Of a DNA stretch of 64,000 nt, positions 46,449 to 55,393 are shown piece by piece (position 1 is the stretch's first letter; each line of letters starts with the position of its first letter). The position numbers were made by a program, and so were the translations under genes. The stretch comes from Eggerthellaceae bacterium (GTDB lineage: Bacteria; Actinomycetota; Coriobacteriia; Coriobacteriales; Eggerthellaceae), in assembly GCA_017511465.1 (NCBI GenBank), contig JAFWJU010000054.1, forward strand, positions 620 to 64,619, in the 5' to 3' direction. Under the pieces are notes generated by a model. That model worked only from the letters and a program-made list of their open reading frames with translations. It made no database searches and was not told the origin of the DNA.

Positions 46449-46458
46449 CAATATATTG
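46449..46458. promoter_or_regulatory. candidate NrdR box core (CAATATATTG; the 16-mer ATACAATATATTGATT matches acaCwAtATaTwGtgt at 13/16)
   Basis: A perfect 10-bp palindrome lies about 70-80 bp upstream of the nrdR start. Only one box was found, with no partner at about 31 bp. Confidence 0.35.
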
Positions 46459-46490
46459 ATTTGAAATAGGTTTTTATCGGGGTTAACGGT

Positions 46491-46826
46491 TTACGACCCC
46501 AAGATAAGCGATACGAGGCCGATGATCGCCGCCCCAGTGGAGAGTGCAGCAATGCCCGAACGCGTGAACAGGTGATATGGGCATCCGAGCATGCTTTCGA
46601 ATCGCAAACTGCACAGCATTTCGCTTGAATCGGCAAGGCGCTTGATGCGCGATTGCTTTTGCGGCTGCTTCCCCATTGGCTCTGTGACAGGGGATTCCGA
46701 AGCGCGTACGGTTCTGAGAGAACCCGGGAACGAGATGATGGTGGCTTCGTCGGGGCTTTGCACCCATCGGGGCATCGCGAGAGCCGATGTACCGCTCGTG
46801 TAGGATTTCGCGATTCGCTTGTTCAT
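46491..46826 (-). CDS. small (111 aa) protein with a C-terminal hydrophobic anchor, divergent from lexA (candidate SOS-induced protein)
   Basis: A strong SD (GGAGGAAAAATG) is present. The C-terminal 21 residues, GIAALSTGAAIIGLVSLILGS, are hydrophobic. A promoter with LexA boxes lies upstream. Confidence 0.6.
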   Translation of the reverse strand: MNKRIAKSYTSGTSALAMPRWVQSPDEATIISFPGSLRTVRASESPVTEPMGKQPQKQSRIKRLADSSEMLCSLRFESMLGCPYHLFTRSGIAALSTGAAIIGLVSLILGS

Positions 46827-46840
46827 TTTTCCTCCTGCAC

Positions 46841-46870
46841 TTGCACAGAACCTTTGTTCGTGTGTATAAT
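46841..46870 (+). promoter_or_regulatory. candidate lexA promoter TTGCAC-N18-TATAAT
   Basis: Hexamers were read from the sequence. LexA box 1 fills the spacer. Confidence 0.5.
46847..46860. promoter_or_regulatory. LexA (Cheo/SOS) box AGAACCTTTGTTCG
   Basis: It matches the Gram-positive/actinobacterial CGAAC-N4-GTTCG consensus at 13/14 positions. Confidence 0.75.
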
Positions 46871-46894
46871 AAGCCGAACAAAAGTTCTTGTCAA
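46866..46894 (-). promoter_or_regulatory. candidate promoter TTGACA-N17-TATTAT for the lexA-divergent small gene
   Basis: Read on the minus strand. Its -10 overlaps the lexA -10 by 5 nt. LexA box 2 fills its spacer, and box 1 lies just downstream of its -10. Confidence 0.5.
46875..46888. promoter_or_regulatory. LexA (Cheo/SOS) box CGAACAAAAGTTCT
   Basis: It matches CGAAC-N4-GTTCG at 13/14 positions. Confidence 0.75.
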
Positions 46895-46902
46895 TGAAAA
46901 AA

Positions 46903-46916
46903 CAAACATATGTACG
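46903..46916. promoter_or_regulatory. weaker third LexA-like box CAAACATATGTACG
   Basis: It matches the consensus at 12/14 positions. It lies between the lexA -10 and the start codon. Confidence 0.4.
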
Positions 46917-46928
46917 AAAGGTGGAGCC

Positions 46929-47570
46929 ATGGCTGACAAGTTGACCAAGCGCCAGCAGGCAGTGATGGATAGCATCGAGAAGAGTATTCGCGAAAAGGGC
47001 TACGGCCCCACCGTACGCGAGATTTGCGCCGATCTCGGGTTGTCTTCGCCGTCAACCGTGCACGTGCACCTGAAGACGCTCGAGCAAAAGGGCTACATCG
47101 TGCGCGACCCGCTGAAGTCTCGCTCGATATCGCTGCCTTCCCAGTTCTCGGGTCAAGAGTCCGAAGCCTCGAATGTCATTCGTCCCAGCTTCAGCAAGAT
47201 CGTCGACGTTCCGCTCGTGGGTAACGTCGCTGCCGGCGAGCCCATCCTTGCCGAAGAGAACATCACCGATACCATTTCGCTTCCGACCGATATCGTCGGC
47301 GACGCCCCATCGTTCATGCTCTCGGTGCGCGGCGATTCGATGATCGAAGCCGGCATCAACGACGGCGACTACGTGGTCGTCAAAGAGCAGCCCGTTGCCA
47401 ATAACGGCGATATCGTCGTCGCCATCATCGAAGACGGTGCAACAGTCAAGCGTTTCTACAAAGAGAAGAACCACATTCGGCTTCAGCCCGAAAACTCCTC
47501 GATGGATCCCATAATCACGCGGGACTGCGCAATTGCCGGCAAGGTGGTCGCCGTGTTCAGGCGCATCTAA
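46929..47570 (+). CDS. lexA: SOS repressor LexA
   Basis: A winged HTH is present (GYGPTVREICADLGLSSPSTVHVHLKTLEQKGYI), with cleavage site VAAGEP, catalytic Ser in VRGDSM and Lys in ATVKRF. SD AAAGGTGGAG precedes the ATG. Confidence 0.92.
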   Translation: MADKLTKRQQAVMDSIEKSIREKGYGPTVREICADLGLSSPSTVHVHLKTLEQKGYIVRDPLKSRSISLPSQFSGQESEASNVIRPSFSKIVDVPLVGNVAAGEPILAEENITDTISLPTDIVGDAPSFMLSVRGDSMIEAGINDGDYVVVKEQPVANNGDIVVAIIEDGATVKRFYKEKNHIRLQPENSSMDPIITRDCAIAGKVVAVFRRI

Positions 47571-48838
47571 GAGTACTGCTCAAATACATGCGAGCAATCA
47601 GGCGGGGCGTACAGCATCAAGTGCGTCCCGCCTTCTTCATGGGTTTCGCTGATGATATGGCAACGTCGATGGGCCATGGAAACGAGGTCTCCCCTGTCAT
47701 AGGGAATGACAACATCGATGAGCGCGTCCTTTGACGCTGCGACCTTGGCTATGCGGTCGATGAGTTCGTCGATTCCCTCTCCCGTTATCGCAGATACGAG
47801 AACGGCATCAGGATACGTTTCGGATAAGCGGCGAATTGCATCAGAAGATTCGAGGAGGTCTTTCTTGTTGAACACGATTATGCGCTCGATGCGCTCCGCT
47901 CCAATTTGGTGCAAGACGTCGCCGACGGTTTGCATCTGGTAGCCCAGCTCGTCGGACGAGCCGTCGACAACATGCAAGATGAGGTCGGCGCCGTTAATCT
48001 CGTCGAGTGTCGATTTGAAAGACTCGACCAATGTCGTTGGCAGCTTGCGGATGAAGCCGATGGTGTCGGTTATCGTCACCTCGCGGCCTTCAGGCAACCT
48101 GAGTTTACGCGTAGTCGAGTCGAGCGTGGCGAACAGCTTGTCATAGCTGAGCACGTCGGCGTTCGTGAGCTTGTTGATGAGGCACGACTTGCCGGCATTG
48201 GTATACCCTGCCAAGGCGATTTTGAACGTGCCGCTCTTGTATCGGCTCTCACGTTGTATGGTGCGACGTTCGTCGAGTCTGGCGAGTTCGCGTTTGATAG
48301 ATGAAATGCGTTTGCGCACCATGCGCCTGTCTACTTCCAGCTGGCTTTCGCCTTCGCCGAAACGAGACCCCACGCCGCCGCCCATGCGGTTGGAAGCCAG
48401 GTGCGCCCACATGCCGCGCAAACGAGGATACAGGTACTGGTTCTGCGCAAGGCGCACTTGCAAGCGCCCCTCCTTAGTGGTGGCGTGAAGGGCGAAGATG
48501 TCGAGGATCAGCGCCGTGCGATCGATCACCTTCACATCGCGTCCGACGATTTTCTCGAGGTTGGCTTGCTGCGAAGGCGTCAGCTCATCATCGAATACGA
48601 CGACATCAGCTGAATACGCACGGCACATGTCGGCGATATCGGCTGCCTTGCCGCTGCCGACGAATGTCCGGGGGTTGGGCGCGTCGAGGCGTTGTGTCGT
48701 GGTGGCAATAGTCTCGGCGCCGACAGTGTCTATGAGCCTTGAGAGCTCTTCAAGGGACGATTCAACGGGCCATGGCGAACCTGGCCATTCGATGCCTACG
48801 AGTATTGCGCGTTCCTTGATTTCACCTATGTCTTGCAT
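47567..48838 (-). CDS. hflX: GTPase HflX
   Basis: The HflX N-domain is present, with G1 GYTNAGKS, G3 DTIGF and G4 NKKD. Confidence 0.9.
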   Translation of the reverse strand: MQDIGEIKERAILVGIEWPGSPWPVESSLEELSRLIDTVGAETIATTTQRLDAPNPRTFVGSGKAADIADMCRAYSADVVVFDDELTPSQQANLEKIVGRDVKVIDRTALILDIFALHATTKEGRLQVRLAQNQYLYPRLRGMWAHLASNRMGGGVGSRFGEGESQLEVDRRMVRKRISSIKRELARLDERRTIQRESRYKSGTFKIALAGYTNAGKSCLINKLTNADVLSYDKLFATLDSTTRKLRLPEGREVTITDTIGFIRKLPTTLVESFKSTLDEINGADLILHVVDGSSDELGYQMQTVGDVLHQIGAERIERIIVFNKKDLLESSDAIRRLSETYPDAVLVSAITGEGIDELIDRIAKVAASKDALIDVVIPYDRGDLVSMAHRRCHIISETHEEGGTHLMLYAPPDCSHVFEQYS

Positions 48839-48847
48839 AGGTGAATA

Positions 48848-49726
48848 TTACAACGAAACCGTGCCTTTGAACGACTCGCACGCAGGACCCGTCATGAGCA
48901 CGGTGCCTGCTTGCGAGTATTGGACATGCAGCGTTCCGCCGAGCAAGATGATATCGTTATCGCGTCCTGCGCGTCCTGTCAGGTTTGCAGCGACGCCTGT
49001 CGCACACGCTCCCGTGCCGCATGCCAGGGTTTCGCCGCATCCGCGTTCGTACACGCGCATGTGAATGCCGTCGGGTTTGACGGTCGCGAACTCGATGTTC
49101 GATTTCTCGGGAAACACCTCGAAGCTTTCGAAATACGAACCGACGGCATCGATATCGATGCCGTCGCAATCATCGACGAACGCGACAGCATGTGGGTTCC
49201 CCATCGAAACGCACGTGAACTCGAATGCGCCGTATGGCGAGTCTATCTGGGCTTCCTTGACGAACACCTCGCCAGATTCCGTCATGGCGTTGAAAGCCAA
49301 CGTGGTCGGGATTTGCTGTGGGTTCAAGATTGGGGCGCCCATGTCGACGGTTGCCGACACCAGCTTTCCCCCATCGTCGGTTTGATAGCTGATGGTCTTG
49401 ACCCCAGCACGTGTCTCCACGTTGAGCAAGGGGGTGTTCTTCTCGACTATGCCGTAATCGACGAGGTATTTGGCGAAGCAGCGGATCCCGTTTCCGCACA
49501 TCTGGGCAATGGACCCATCGGCGTTACGGTAATCCATGAAACCGGCGTTGGCAAGATCATGCGGCGGCTTGACGATAATGACGCCGTCGGCTCCGATGCC
49601 CGTGTGACGTGAGCAGATCTTTGCGACCTCTTGAGGTGTGAAGTCGATGCTATTGTCGGGATCGTTGAAGAAGACGAAATCGTTTCCGGCACCGTGAAGT
49701 TTAACGAAGCTCAGTTGACGCGTCAT
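48848..49726 (-). CDS. dapF: diaminopimelate epimerase
   Basis: The N-terminus is FVKLHGAGNDFVFF. The two catalytic Cys contexts are MCGNGIRC and ACGTGACA. Confidence 0.9.
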   Translation of the reverse strand: MTRQLSFVKLHGAGNDFVFFNDPDNSIDFTPQEVAKICSRHTGIGADGVIIVKPPHDLANAGFMDYRNADGSIAQMCGNGIRCFAKYLVDYGIVEKNTPLLNVETRAGVKTISYQTDDGGKLVSATVDMGAPILNPQQIPTTLAFNAMTESGEVFVKEAQIDSPYGAFEFTCVSMGNPHAVAFVDDCDGIDIDAVGSYFESFEVFPEKSNIEFATVKPDGIHMRVYERGCGETLACGTGACATGVAANLTGRAGRDNDIILLGGTLHVQYSQAGTVLMTGPACESFKGTVSL

Positions 49727-50684
49727 GGGAGGCTCCTTCCAGCGCGTCGATTGTAGCAACGATGCCAAGGGATTCCTGAGTCATGTAATCCAGATTTAAC
49801 GTGTCGGCTTTCACCCAGCTGATGCGCTTGTCTTTCCTGAACCACGTGCGTTGCCGCTTGGCATAACGGTGGGTCGCCGTCTTGATCTGATCGATGGCTT
49901 CATCAAGGCTGATTCGGCCATCGAGTGAGGCGACGATTTCCTTGTATCCGATAGCCTGGGGAGCCGTGACGCCTTCTCTGAAGCCTGCATCGAGCAGCGA
50001 TTGCACTTCGTTTACGAGCCCAGATTCAACCATGGCATCGACACGGCTGTCGATGCGGTTTCGCAGGATGCCAGGAGAAACGTCGAGCCCGATGAACGCG
50101 GCCGGGTACAGTTGGGGCAACTCTGCAAGTTTCCTGCGCTGCTCGGCGTAGCTTTCGCCGGCATCCAGCAGTTCGAAGGCGCGCACAACGCGCTTGACGT
50201 CGTTTTCGGGGATTATCGAGGCGCTGGAAGGATCCATGGCTTCAAGAAGCTTCCAGAGCTCATGAGCGCCATGATCGACGGCATACGCATTGTAGTAGTC
50301 GCGAATGGCGTTTCCCACTTGCTCCCCGGCTGGAAAATCGTAATCGTCGATTGCCGCTCGTACGTAGAAACCCGTGCCACCGCAGAGGATGGAGCGCTTC
50401 CCCCGCGAGTCGATATCGGTGAAGCACGCGCGGGCATACGATTGGAACAATGCCGCAGAAAACGGCTCACCTGGATCGACGAGGTCAAAACCATGATGCG
50501 CGACCAATCGCTCGTGCTCGAGCACTTTTCCCGTGCCGATATCCATGCCCCGGTACACCTGCATGGAATCGGCGCTGATGACTTCGCCGTCAAGCTCGAG
50601 GGCTATGTTCTGGGCAAGCGCGGATTTGCCTGACGCCGTTGGTCCGACGACGCAAACGATGGGATGTGATACAAGTGCGGGCAC
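49701..50684 (-). CDS. miaA: tRNA dimethylallyltransferase
   Basis: The P-loop is GPTASGKSALA, and DSMQVYRGMDIGTGK is present. The start is ambiguous. GTG 50684 gives a typical N-terminus and avoids overlap with miaB, while ATG 50723 is the longest ORF. Confidence 0.85.
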   Translation of the reverse strand: MPALVSHPIVCVVGPTASGKSALAQNIALELDGEVISADSMQVYRGMDIGTGKVLEHERLVAHHGFDLVDPGEPFSAALFQSYARACFTDIDSRGKRSILCGGTGFYVRAAIDDYDFPAGEQVGNAIRDYYNAYAVDHGAHELWKLLEAMDPSSASIIPENDVKRVVRAFELLDAGESYAEQRRKLAELPQLYPAAFIGLDVSPGILRNRIDSRVDAMVESGLVNEVQSLLDAGFREGVTAPQAIGYKEIVASLDGRISLDEAIDQIKTATHRYAKRQRTWFRKDKRISWVKADTLNLDYMTQESLGIVATIDALEGASHDASTELR

Positions 50685-50686
50685 GA

Positions 50687-52060
50687 TCAACCAAGCGAGC
50701 AGAACTCGCCGCGGAGGTACCATGTGCGAGCTTGCTCGATTTTCACATCGAACACGGAGCCGGAAACGTCTTGGACCGAAAGGCCATCGGGCAGCGGCGC
50801 ATGCACGGTGGTGTTTTCGGGGCTGCGTCCGGTGACAATGCCCGGTTCTTTCTTTGACGTGCCTTCAAACAACACGGAGACGACTCGGCCAGCCTGGGCT
50901 TGGTTGAAATCGTAGGCTCCCTGTTCGACCACGGTCCTCAAGCGGTCGAAACGGTCTTGGATAACCTCGCGGGGCGTGTTGTCCTCGTACGTTGCGGCTG
51001 GCGTGCCCTCGCGCTTCGAGTAGATGAACGTGAACACTTGCGAATATCCGACTTGTTCGATAAGGCGGTACGTGTCCATGAAGTCTTCCTCGGTCTCGCC
51101 GGGAAAGCCCACGATGATATCGGTCGAAAGGGCTATGCCCGGGCATGCGTCGCGCAACTTGGCGATGAGCTCGAGGTAATGCTCGACGGTATACACGCGG
51201 TGCATGGCTTTCAGAATGGCATTTGATCCCGATTGAGCAGGCAGGTGAAGCGCCGGCATGAGGTTCTCGACCGTGGCGAACTTCGAAATGACTTCGTCGG
51301 TGAGGTCTTTGGGATGGCTCGTTGCGAATCTCAGGCGCTCGACGCCGGTGTCGGCGACAGCTTGGAGCACATCGGCGAAACGCGGTTTGCCGTAGAGGTC
51401 GCGACCATACGAGTTTACGTTTTGACCGAGCAGCGTGATTTCCTTGACGCCGTCGGCCACATAGCGCGAAGCTTCGGCGACAACGTCTTCGATTGGCCTT
51501 GATTTCTCGCGGCCACGGACATAGGGCACGATGCAGTACGTGCAGAAATTGTTGCATCCGATGGTTATTGGAAGCCAGGCAGCCCAAGAATGCTCGCGGG
51601 TCGTGGGAAGATCGGTTGGGAACGCAAGCGATTCTTCAAGGGTTTCGGCAGACTGCACATGGTCTGTGATGGCCTTTTCAAGCAGGCTGGGCAACGACGC
51701 AAGGTTGTTCGTGCCGAAAACCACATCGACATGTGGAAGCTCGTCGAACAGCTTCTCGCCGTCGCGCTGCCCGATGCACCCCCCTATTGCAACCATGCGC
51801 TTGCCAAGCGGCGAGCCTGGGCGCAAAGGGATGTTCTTCATGCTGGACACCTGTCCCATGAGGCGAACATCGGCTGCTTCGCGGACGCAACATGTCATGA
51901 ACACGACGACGTCTGCTTCTTCGATGGTGTCTACCGCCAGCGCTCCAAGGCCTTCGAGCATGCCTGTGACACGCTCGGAGTCGTGCTTGTTCATCTGACA
52001 GCCGAATGTTTGAACATGGAATGTCAGGTCCATGTACCCGCCGTTAGTTGGCTTGAACAT
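50687..52060 (-). CDS. miaB: tRNA-i6A37 methylthiotransferase
   Basis: The UPF0004 Cys triad begins at TFGCQMN. The radical-SAM motif CNNFCTYC and a C-terminal TRAM domain are present. An alternative start lies at 52033. Confidence 0.9.
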   Translation of the reverse strand: MFKPTNGGYMDLTFHVQTFGCQMNKHDSERVTGMLEGLGALAVDTIEEADVVVFMTCCVREAADVRLMGQVSSMKNIPLRPGSPLGKRMVAIGGCIGQRDGEKLFDELPHVDVVFGTNNLASLPSLLEKAITDHVQSAETLEESLAFPTDLPTTREHSWAAWLPITIGCNNFCTYCIVPYVRGREKSRPIEDVVAEASRYVADGVKEITLLGQNVNSYGRDLYGKPRFADVLQAVADTGVERLRFATSHPKDLTDEVISKFATVENLMPALHLPAQSGSNAILKAMHRVYTVEHYLELIAKLRDACPGIALSTDIIVGFPGETEEDFMDTYRLIEQVGYSQVFTFIYSKREGTPAATYEDNTPREVIQDRFDRLRTVVEQGAYDFNQAQAGRVVSVLFEGTSKKEPGIVTGRSPENTTVHAPLPDGLSVQDVSGSVFDVKIEQARTWYLRGEFCSLG

Positions 52061-52068
52061 CGAAGCCC

Positions 52069-52413
52069 CTAATCAAACAGGGTCGAAGCTTGGCCTTCCG
52101 AATCGATATCCGCAACGCCACGCAGGTATTGGGCCTTGATGGCGAAGTGAATGGCCGTGCGGTATTCCCCGTCGATGATGATGTCGGCGAATGAGGGAAC
52201 GCAAGCTATCTCGATGCCGACTGGAGACAAGAAACCGCGGGAAATGGCAATGGCCTTGATTGCCTGGTTGACAGCGCCTGCGCCAACTGCCTGCATCTCG
52301 ACCGGCACTCCGTCTTTGACCATGCCGGCAATGGCGCCGGCGACGGAAGCGGGAGAAGATTTAGAGGAAACTTTGAGGCAATTGGTGCCAGCGTGCTGTT
52401 CGGTTGTATGCAT
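52069..52413 (-). CDS. spoVS: SpoVS-family protein
   Basis: The full length resembles the B. subtilis SpoVS pattern (LKVSSKSSPASVAGAIAG...QAVGAGAVNQAIKAIAISRGF...DGEYRTAI). Confidence 0.85.
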   Translation of the reverse strand: MHTTEQHAGTNCLKVSSKSSPASVAGAIAGMVKDGVPVEMQAVGAGAVNQAIKAIAISRGFLSPVGIEIACVPSFADIIIDGEYRTAIHFAIKAQYLRGVADIDSEGQASTLFD

Positions 52414-52533
52414 ACCATTCCCTTTGCGTTGAGCGATTCGAGAGCGAATGTTGTTCGTTCGATATGCTGCTTACGTTTCAACTACTGTATTCTAGCGGCT
52501 TACCTAGGGCATTTCAACGGGAAACATTGTGCG

Positions 52534-53622
52534 TCAAGGTCGTTTGACGACGGGGATGTTAATCGTGATGCGGTCCCGTCCCGAACGAACAGTCGGCTCG
52601 ACATCAGCTTCGAGGTAGTAGCGCTCGGCGATATCGGCATAGGCGCTGCTAACCGAATCGGCCAACAGCTTGGCATCCTCTTTCTCGAGCTTAAGGCTTC
52701 TAGCATCGTCGCGAAGTCTTCTTTTTGACGTTTTGGATGACGATGGTTGCTGCCCGAGGTTCCGTATCGTTATCCGGTCGAGCATCGAATCGAGCTCGCG
52801 GATCTCGCCATCGATGATGCGTCGCGCGCTCCTTGGCGAAACGTCCAATCCCATTTCGGTGGCAAGCGATGCGAACGTATCGGGATCGGGCGAAGTCGCA
52901 AGTCGCTTAACAAGGGGAAGCTCAGACACGTCTTTGCAGAACACCCTATCGATCGTCGAGAGGGTCGACATGCCGTACGCGTATATCGTGGCTGCAACCT
53001 CGACAGGAGACCCGACGTACACCGAGCACGCGTCACGTGTCTCGAGTGCGAATTCGCATGCCGTGCGCAAGATGTTCCGCGGACCGCGGACGTTGACGTT
53101 TCCGTTCTCCGATAAGTCGAATGTAGGGAAGCTCGATTGGTCGCTACGTTCGGAAAGCTTCTTCGTGTTTGTCTCGACGTGAATGGAGCATCCCAGATTG
53201 GGACCCGATTGCATAACGCGCGCGATGTCGGCGTTGACGCGAATGGAATACAGCGCCATACCCCGCCCATGCATGCCCCAGGCGTCCATGTGGTTGGTAT
53301 TGAGCTTCGAAGTGACACGAGGCTCGAAGACGTGGTCATGCATCGAACCGGGGATGCCGAGACCGTTGTCGATGACCGTAAGGAGGCGTTTGTCGCCTTC
53401 ACGGGACATGGCCACGAACATGCGGCTTGCATGGGCATCGAACGAATTGCGCAGCAACTCGAGCACGATGCTCTCGGTGTTCCGTATGTCCTGGGCAGCT
53501 TGACGGCGTTCGGCTTCTGATGTGTGAAGACGCACGAAGCCATCTCCGAAGTCGTATTCGACTCGAAGATGGCTTCCTCCGCTTACGGATTCAACGAAGT
53601 CTGCAAGAGACTGGTCGGCCAT
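52534..53622 (-). CDS. GHKL (Bergerat-fold) ATPase, MutL/TopoVIB/MORC-type N-box, with an uncharacterised C-terminal half
   Basis: The N-box is ELLRNSFDA, the G1 box is VIDNGLGIP and the G2 box is GMHGRGMAL. The C-terminal region of about 180 aa has no recognised motif. Confidence 0.7.
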   Translation of the reverse strand: MADQSLADFVESVSGGSHLRVEYDFGDGFVRLHTSEAERRQAAQDIRNTESIVLELLRNSFDAHASRMFVAMSREGDKRLLTVIDNGLGIPGSMHDHVFEPRVTSKLNTNHMDAWGMHGRGMALYSIRVNADIARVMQSGPNLGCSIHVETNTKKLSERSDQSSFPTFDLSENGNVNVRGPRNILRTACEFALETRDACSVYVGSPVEVAATIYAYGMSTLSTIDRVFCKDVSELPLVKRLATSPDPDTFASLATEMGLDVSPRSARRIIDGEIRELDSMLDRITIRNLGQQPSSSKTSKRRLRDDARSLKLEKEDAKLLADSVSSAYADIAERYYLEADVEPTVRSGRDRITINIPVVKRP

Positions 53623-53627
53623 ATGCG

Positions 53628-55163
53628 CTACTTCGCTATACCGATGGCGCGGCTTTCCCTGATAACCACGACTTTGACTTGGCCGGGGTATTGCAGTTCG
53701 TTCTCAATGCGGTTGGCAATATCGTGTGCCAACACGACTGTTTGATCTTCGCCGACCTTTTCGGGTTCGACCATGACGCGGACTTCACGGCCAGCTTGAA
53801 TGGCGTAAGTGCGCTCGACGCCTTCGTACGACATGGCGATTTCCTCGAGTTTCTCGAGTCGCTTGATGTACGCATCGAGCGTTTCCTTACGAGCGCCGGG
53901 ACGCGCTGCAGAAACGGCGTCAGCAGCCTGAACCAGGACGTCGAGGACGCTGTTGGGCTCGACGTCGTTATGGTGCGCTTCGATGGCGTGCACGATGGCA
54001 TCGTTCTCGCCGAAACGACGAGCGAGGTCAGCGCCGATGACGGCATGGTTGCCCTCGACTTCGCGGTCGATGGCTTTGCCGATGTCATGAAGAAGGCCGG
54101 CGCGCTTGGCAGGAACCGGATCGAGTCCGAGCTCGCTTGCCATGACGCCACACAGATACGCGACTTCGAGGGAATGGTTGAGCACGTTCTGGCCATACGA
54201 GGTACGGTACCTGAGGCGGCCGAGCGTGCGTACGAGTTCGGGATCCATGTCGTGGATGCCGGTGTCGAACGTCGCTTGCTCGCCAGCTTCCAGGACTCGT
54301 TGGTTGACCAGCTTCTCGGCCTTGGCGAACATCTCCTCGATGCGAGCCGGGTGGATTCGCCCATCGGAGATGAGGTTTTCCATCGTGACGCGGCCGATTT
54401 CACGGCGAACGGGATCGAAGCACGAAATGGTGACGCATTCGGGCGTGTCGTCGATGATGAGGTTCGTGCCCGTGATTTGCTCGAACGAGCGGATGTTGCG
54501 GCCCTCGCGTCCGATGATGCGGCCCTTCAGGTCGTCAGACGGAATCTGAATGGTGGAAACGGTGTTCTCGACCGTGTAATCAGACGCGATGCGCTGCATG
54601 GCCTGGCTGAGGATCGAGCGAGCGGTCTTGTCAGCCTCTGCTTTCGTGCGCGCTTCGGAATCGCGGATGATAGAAGCGCTCTCGTGCGCGACTTCATCTT
54701 TCAGGTTGTTCAAAAGCTCGGCTTTTGCCTCTTCGGGCGACATGCCTGCAACGTCTTCGAGGCGGCGGTTAATTTCGAGCTCGGCTTCGTCGAGTTCGCG
54801 CTGGCGCTTTTCGACCTGCCCCTGCAACGACGAAATCTGGTGTTCGCGCTTGTCGAGAGAGTCCGTGCGGCGATCGAGCGACTCTTCGCGTTGTTGAATG
54901 CGGTGCTCTGCTTCTCTGACTTCGTGCTGGCGCTCTTTACGCTCGGTCTCGATTTCGGCACGCAGTTTGAGCGCCTCGTCTTTAGCTTCGACTTCCGCTT
55001 CCCTCTTAATCGTTTCGGCTTGACGGCGAGCATCGGTAAGGATGGCATCAGCCTCATCCGCTTTCTTCTTTGTGGAGGCGTTTGCGATATAGCGCGCAAT
55101 GACGAAGCCAAGGAGAACGCCGACGATGATCGCGACGATTCCGATTATGATGCTTGTGGTCAT
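53628..55163 (-). CDS. rny: ribonuclease Y
   Basis: An N-terminal TM is followed by a long charged coiled coil, a KH domain ([12 protein letters not shown]) and an HD domain (LLHDIGKA). Confidence 0.92.
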   Translation of the reverse strand: MTTSIIIGIVAIIVGVLLGFVIARYIANASTKKKADEADAILTDARRQAETIKREAEVEAKDEALKLRAEIETERKERQHEVREAEHRIQQREESLDRRTDSLDKREHQISSLQGQVEKRQRELDEAELEINRRLEDVAGMSPEEAKAELLNNLKDEVAHESASIIRDSEARTKAEADKTARSILSQAMQRIASDYTVENTVSTIQIPSDDLKGRIIGREGRNIRSFEQITGTNLIIDDTPECVTISCFDPVRREIGRVTMENLISDGRIHPARIEEMFAKAEKLVNQRVLEAGEQATFDTGIHDMDPELVRTLGRLRYRTSYGQNVLNHSLEVAYLCGVMASELGLDPVPAKRAGLLHDIGKAIDREVEGNHAVIGADLARRFGENDAIVHAIEAHHNDVEPNSVLDVLVQAADAVSAARPGARKETLDAYIKRLEKLEEIAMSYEGVERTYAIQAGREVRVMVEPEKVGEDQTVVLAHDIANRIENELQYPGQVKVVVIRESRAIGIAK

Positions 55164-55393
55164 CGAGTCTCCTTTCGTTTTCCTATATGCAAATAAAGCC
55201 CCAGGCTATAGCCATAGGGCATGAGAATAGAGGTCTCACAAATGGTGTCGATATTCTTCTATTTATATAAACACCCAAGAGGGTCGTATTCTCATACGAA
55301 ATCCATATTAAACGCTGATGGGGCAGCTGTCACGGATTGGCGCGTTTCGTCATAAAAAGTTCGGGAACGGGTGCAGATTGAGCAAGGACGCGC

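Noticed and set aside
46483-46881. An alternative 132-aa ORF in a different frame overlapping the lexA-divergent small gene.
   Set aside because: Its start lies inside the promoter and LexA-box region with no SD. The translation is Arg/His-rich and motif-less. The 111-aa frame has a near-perfect SD.
52444-52456. A LexA-box-like sequence CGAATGTTGTTCG upstream of spoVS.
   Set aside because: The half-sites are separated by 3 nt rather than 4, and the left half is GAAT. It does not fit CGAAC-N4-GTTCG.
55221-55295. A 9-bp inverted repeat ATGAGAATA...TATTCTCAT in the rny upstream region, considered as a possible leader structure or ncRNA.
   Set aside because: The arms are short and AT-rich and are separated by 57 nt. 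This could be chance in an AT-rich promoter region, and no known RNA family was recognised.
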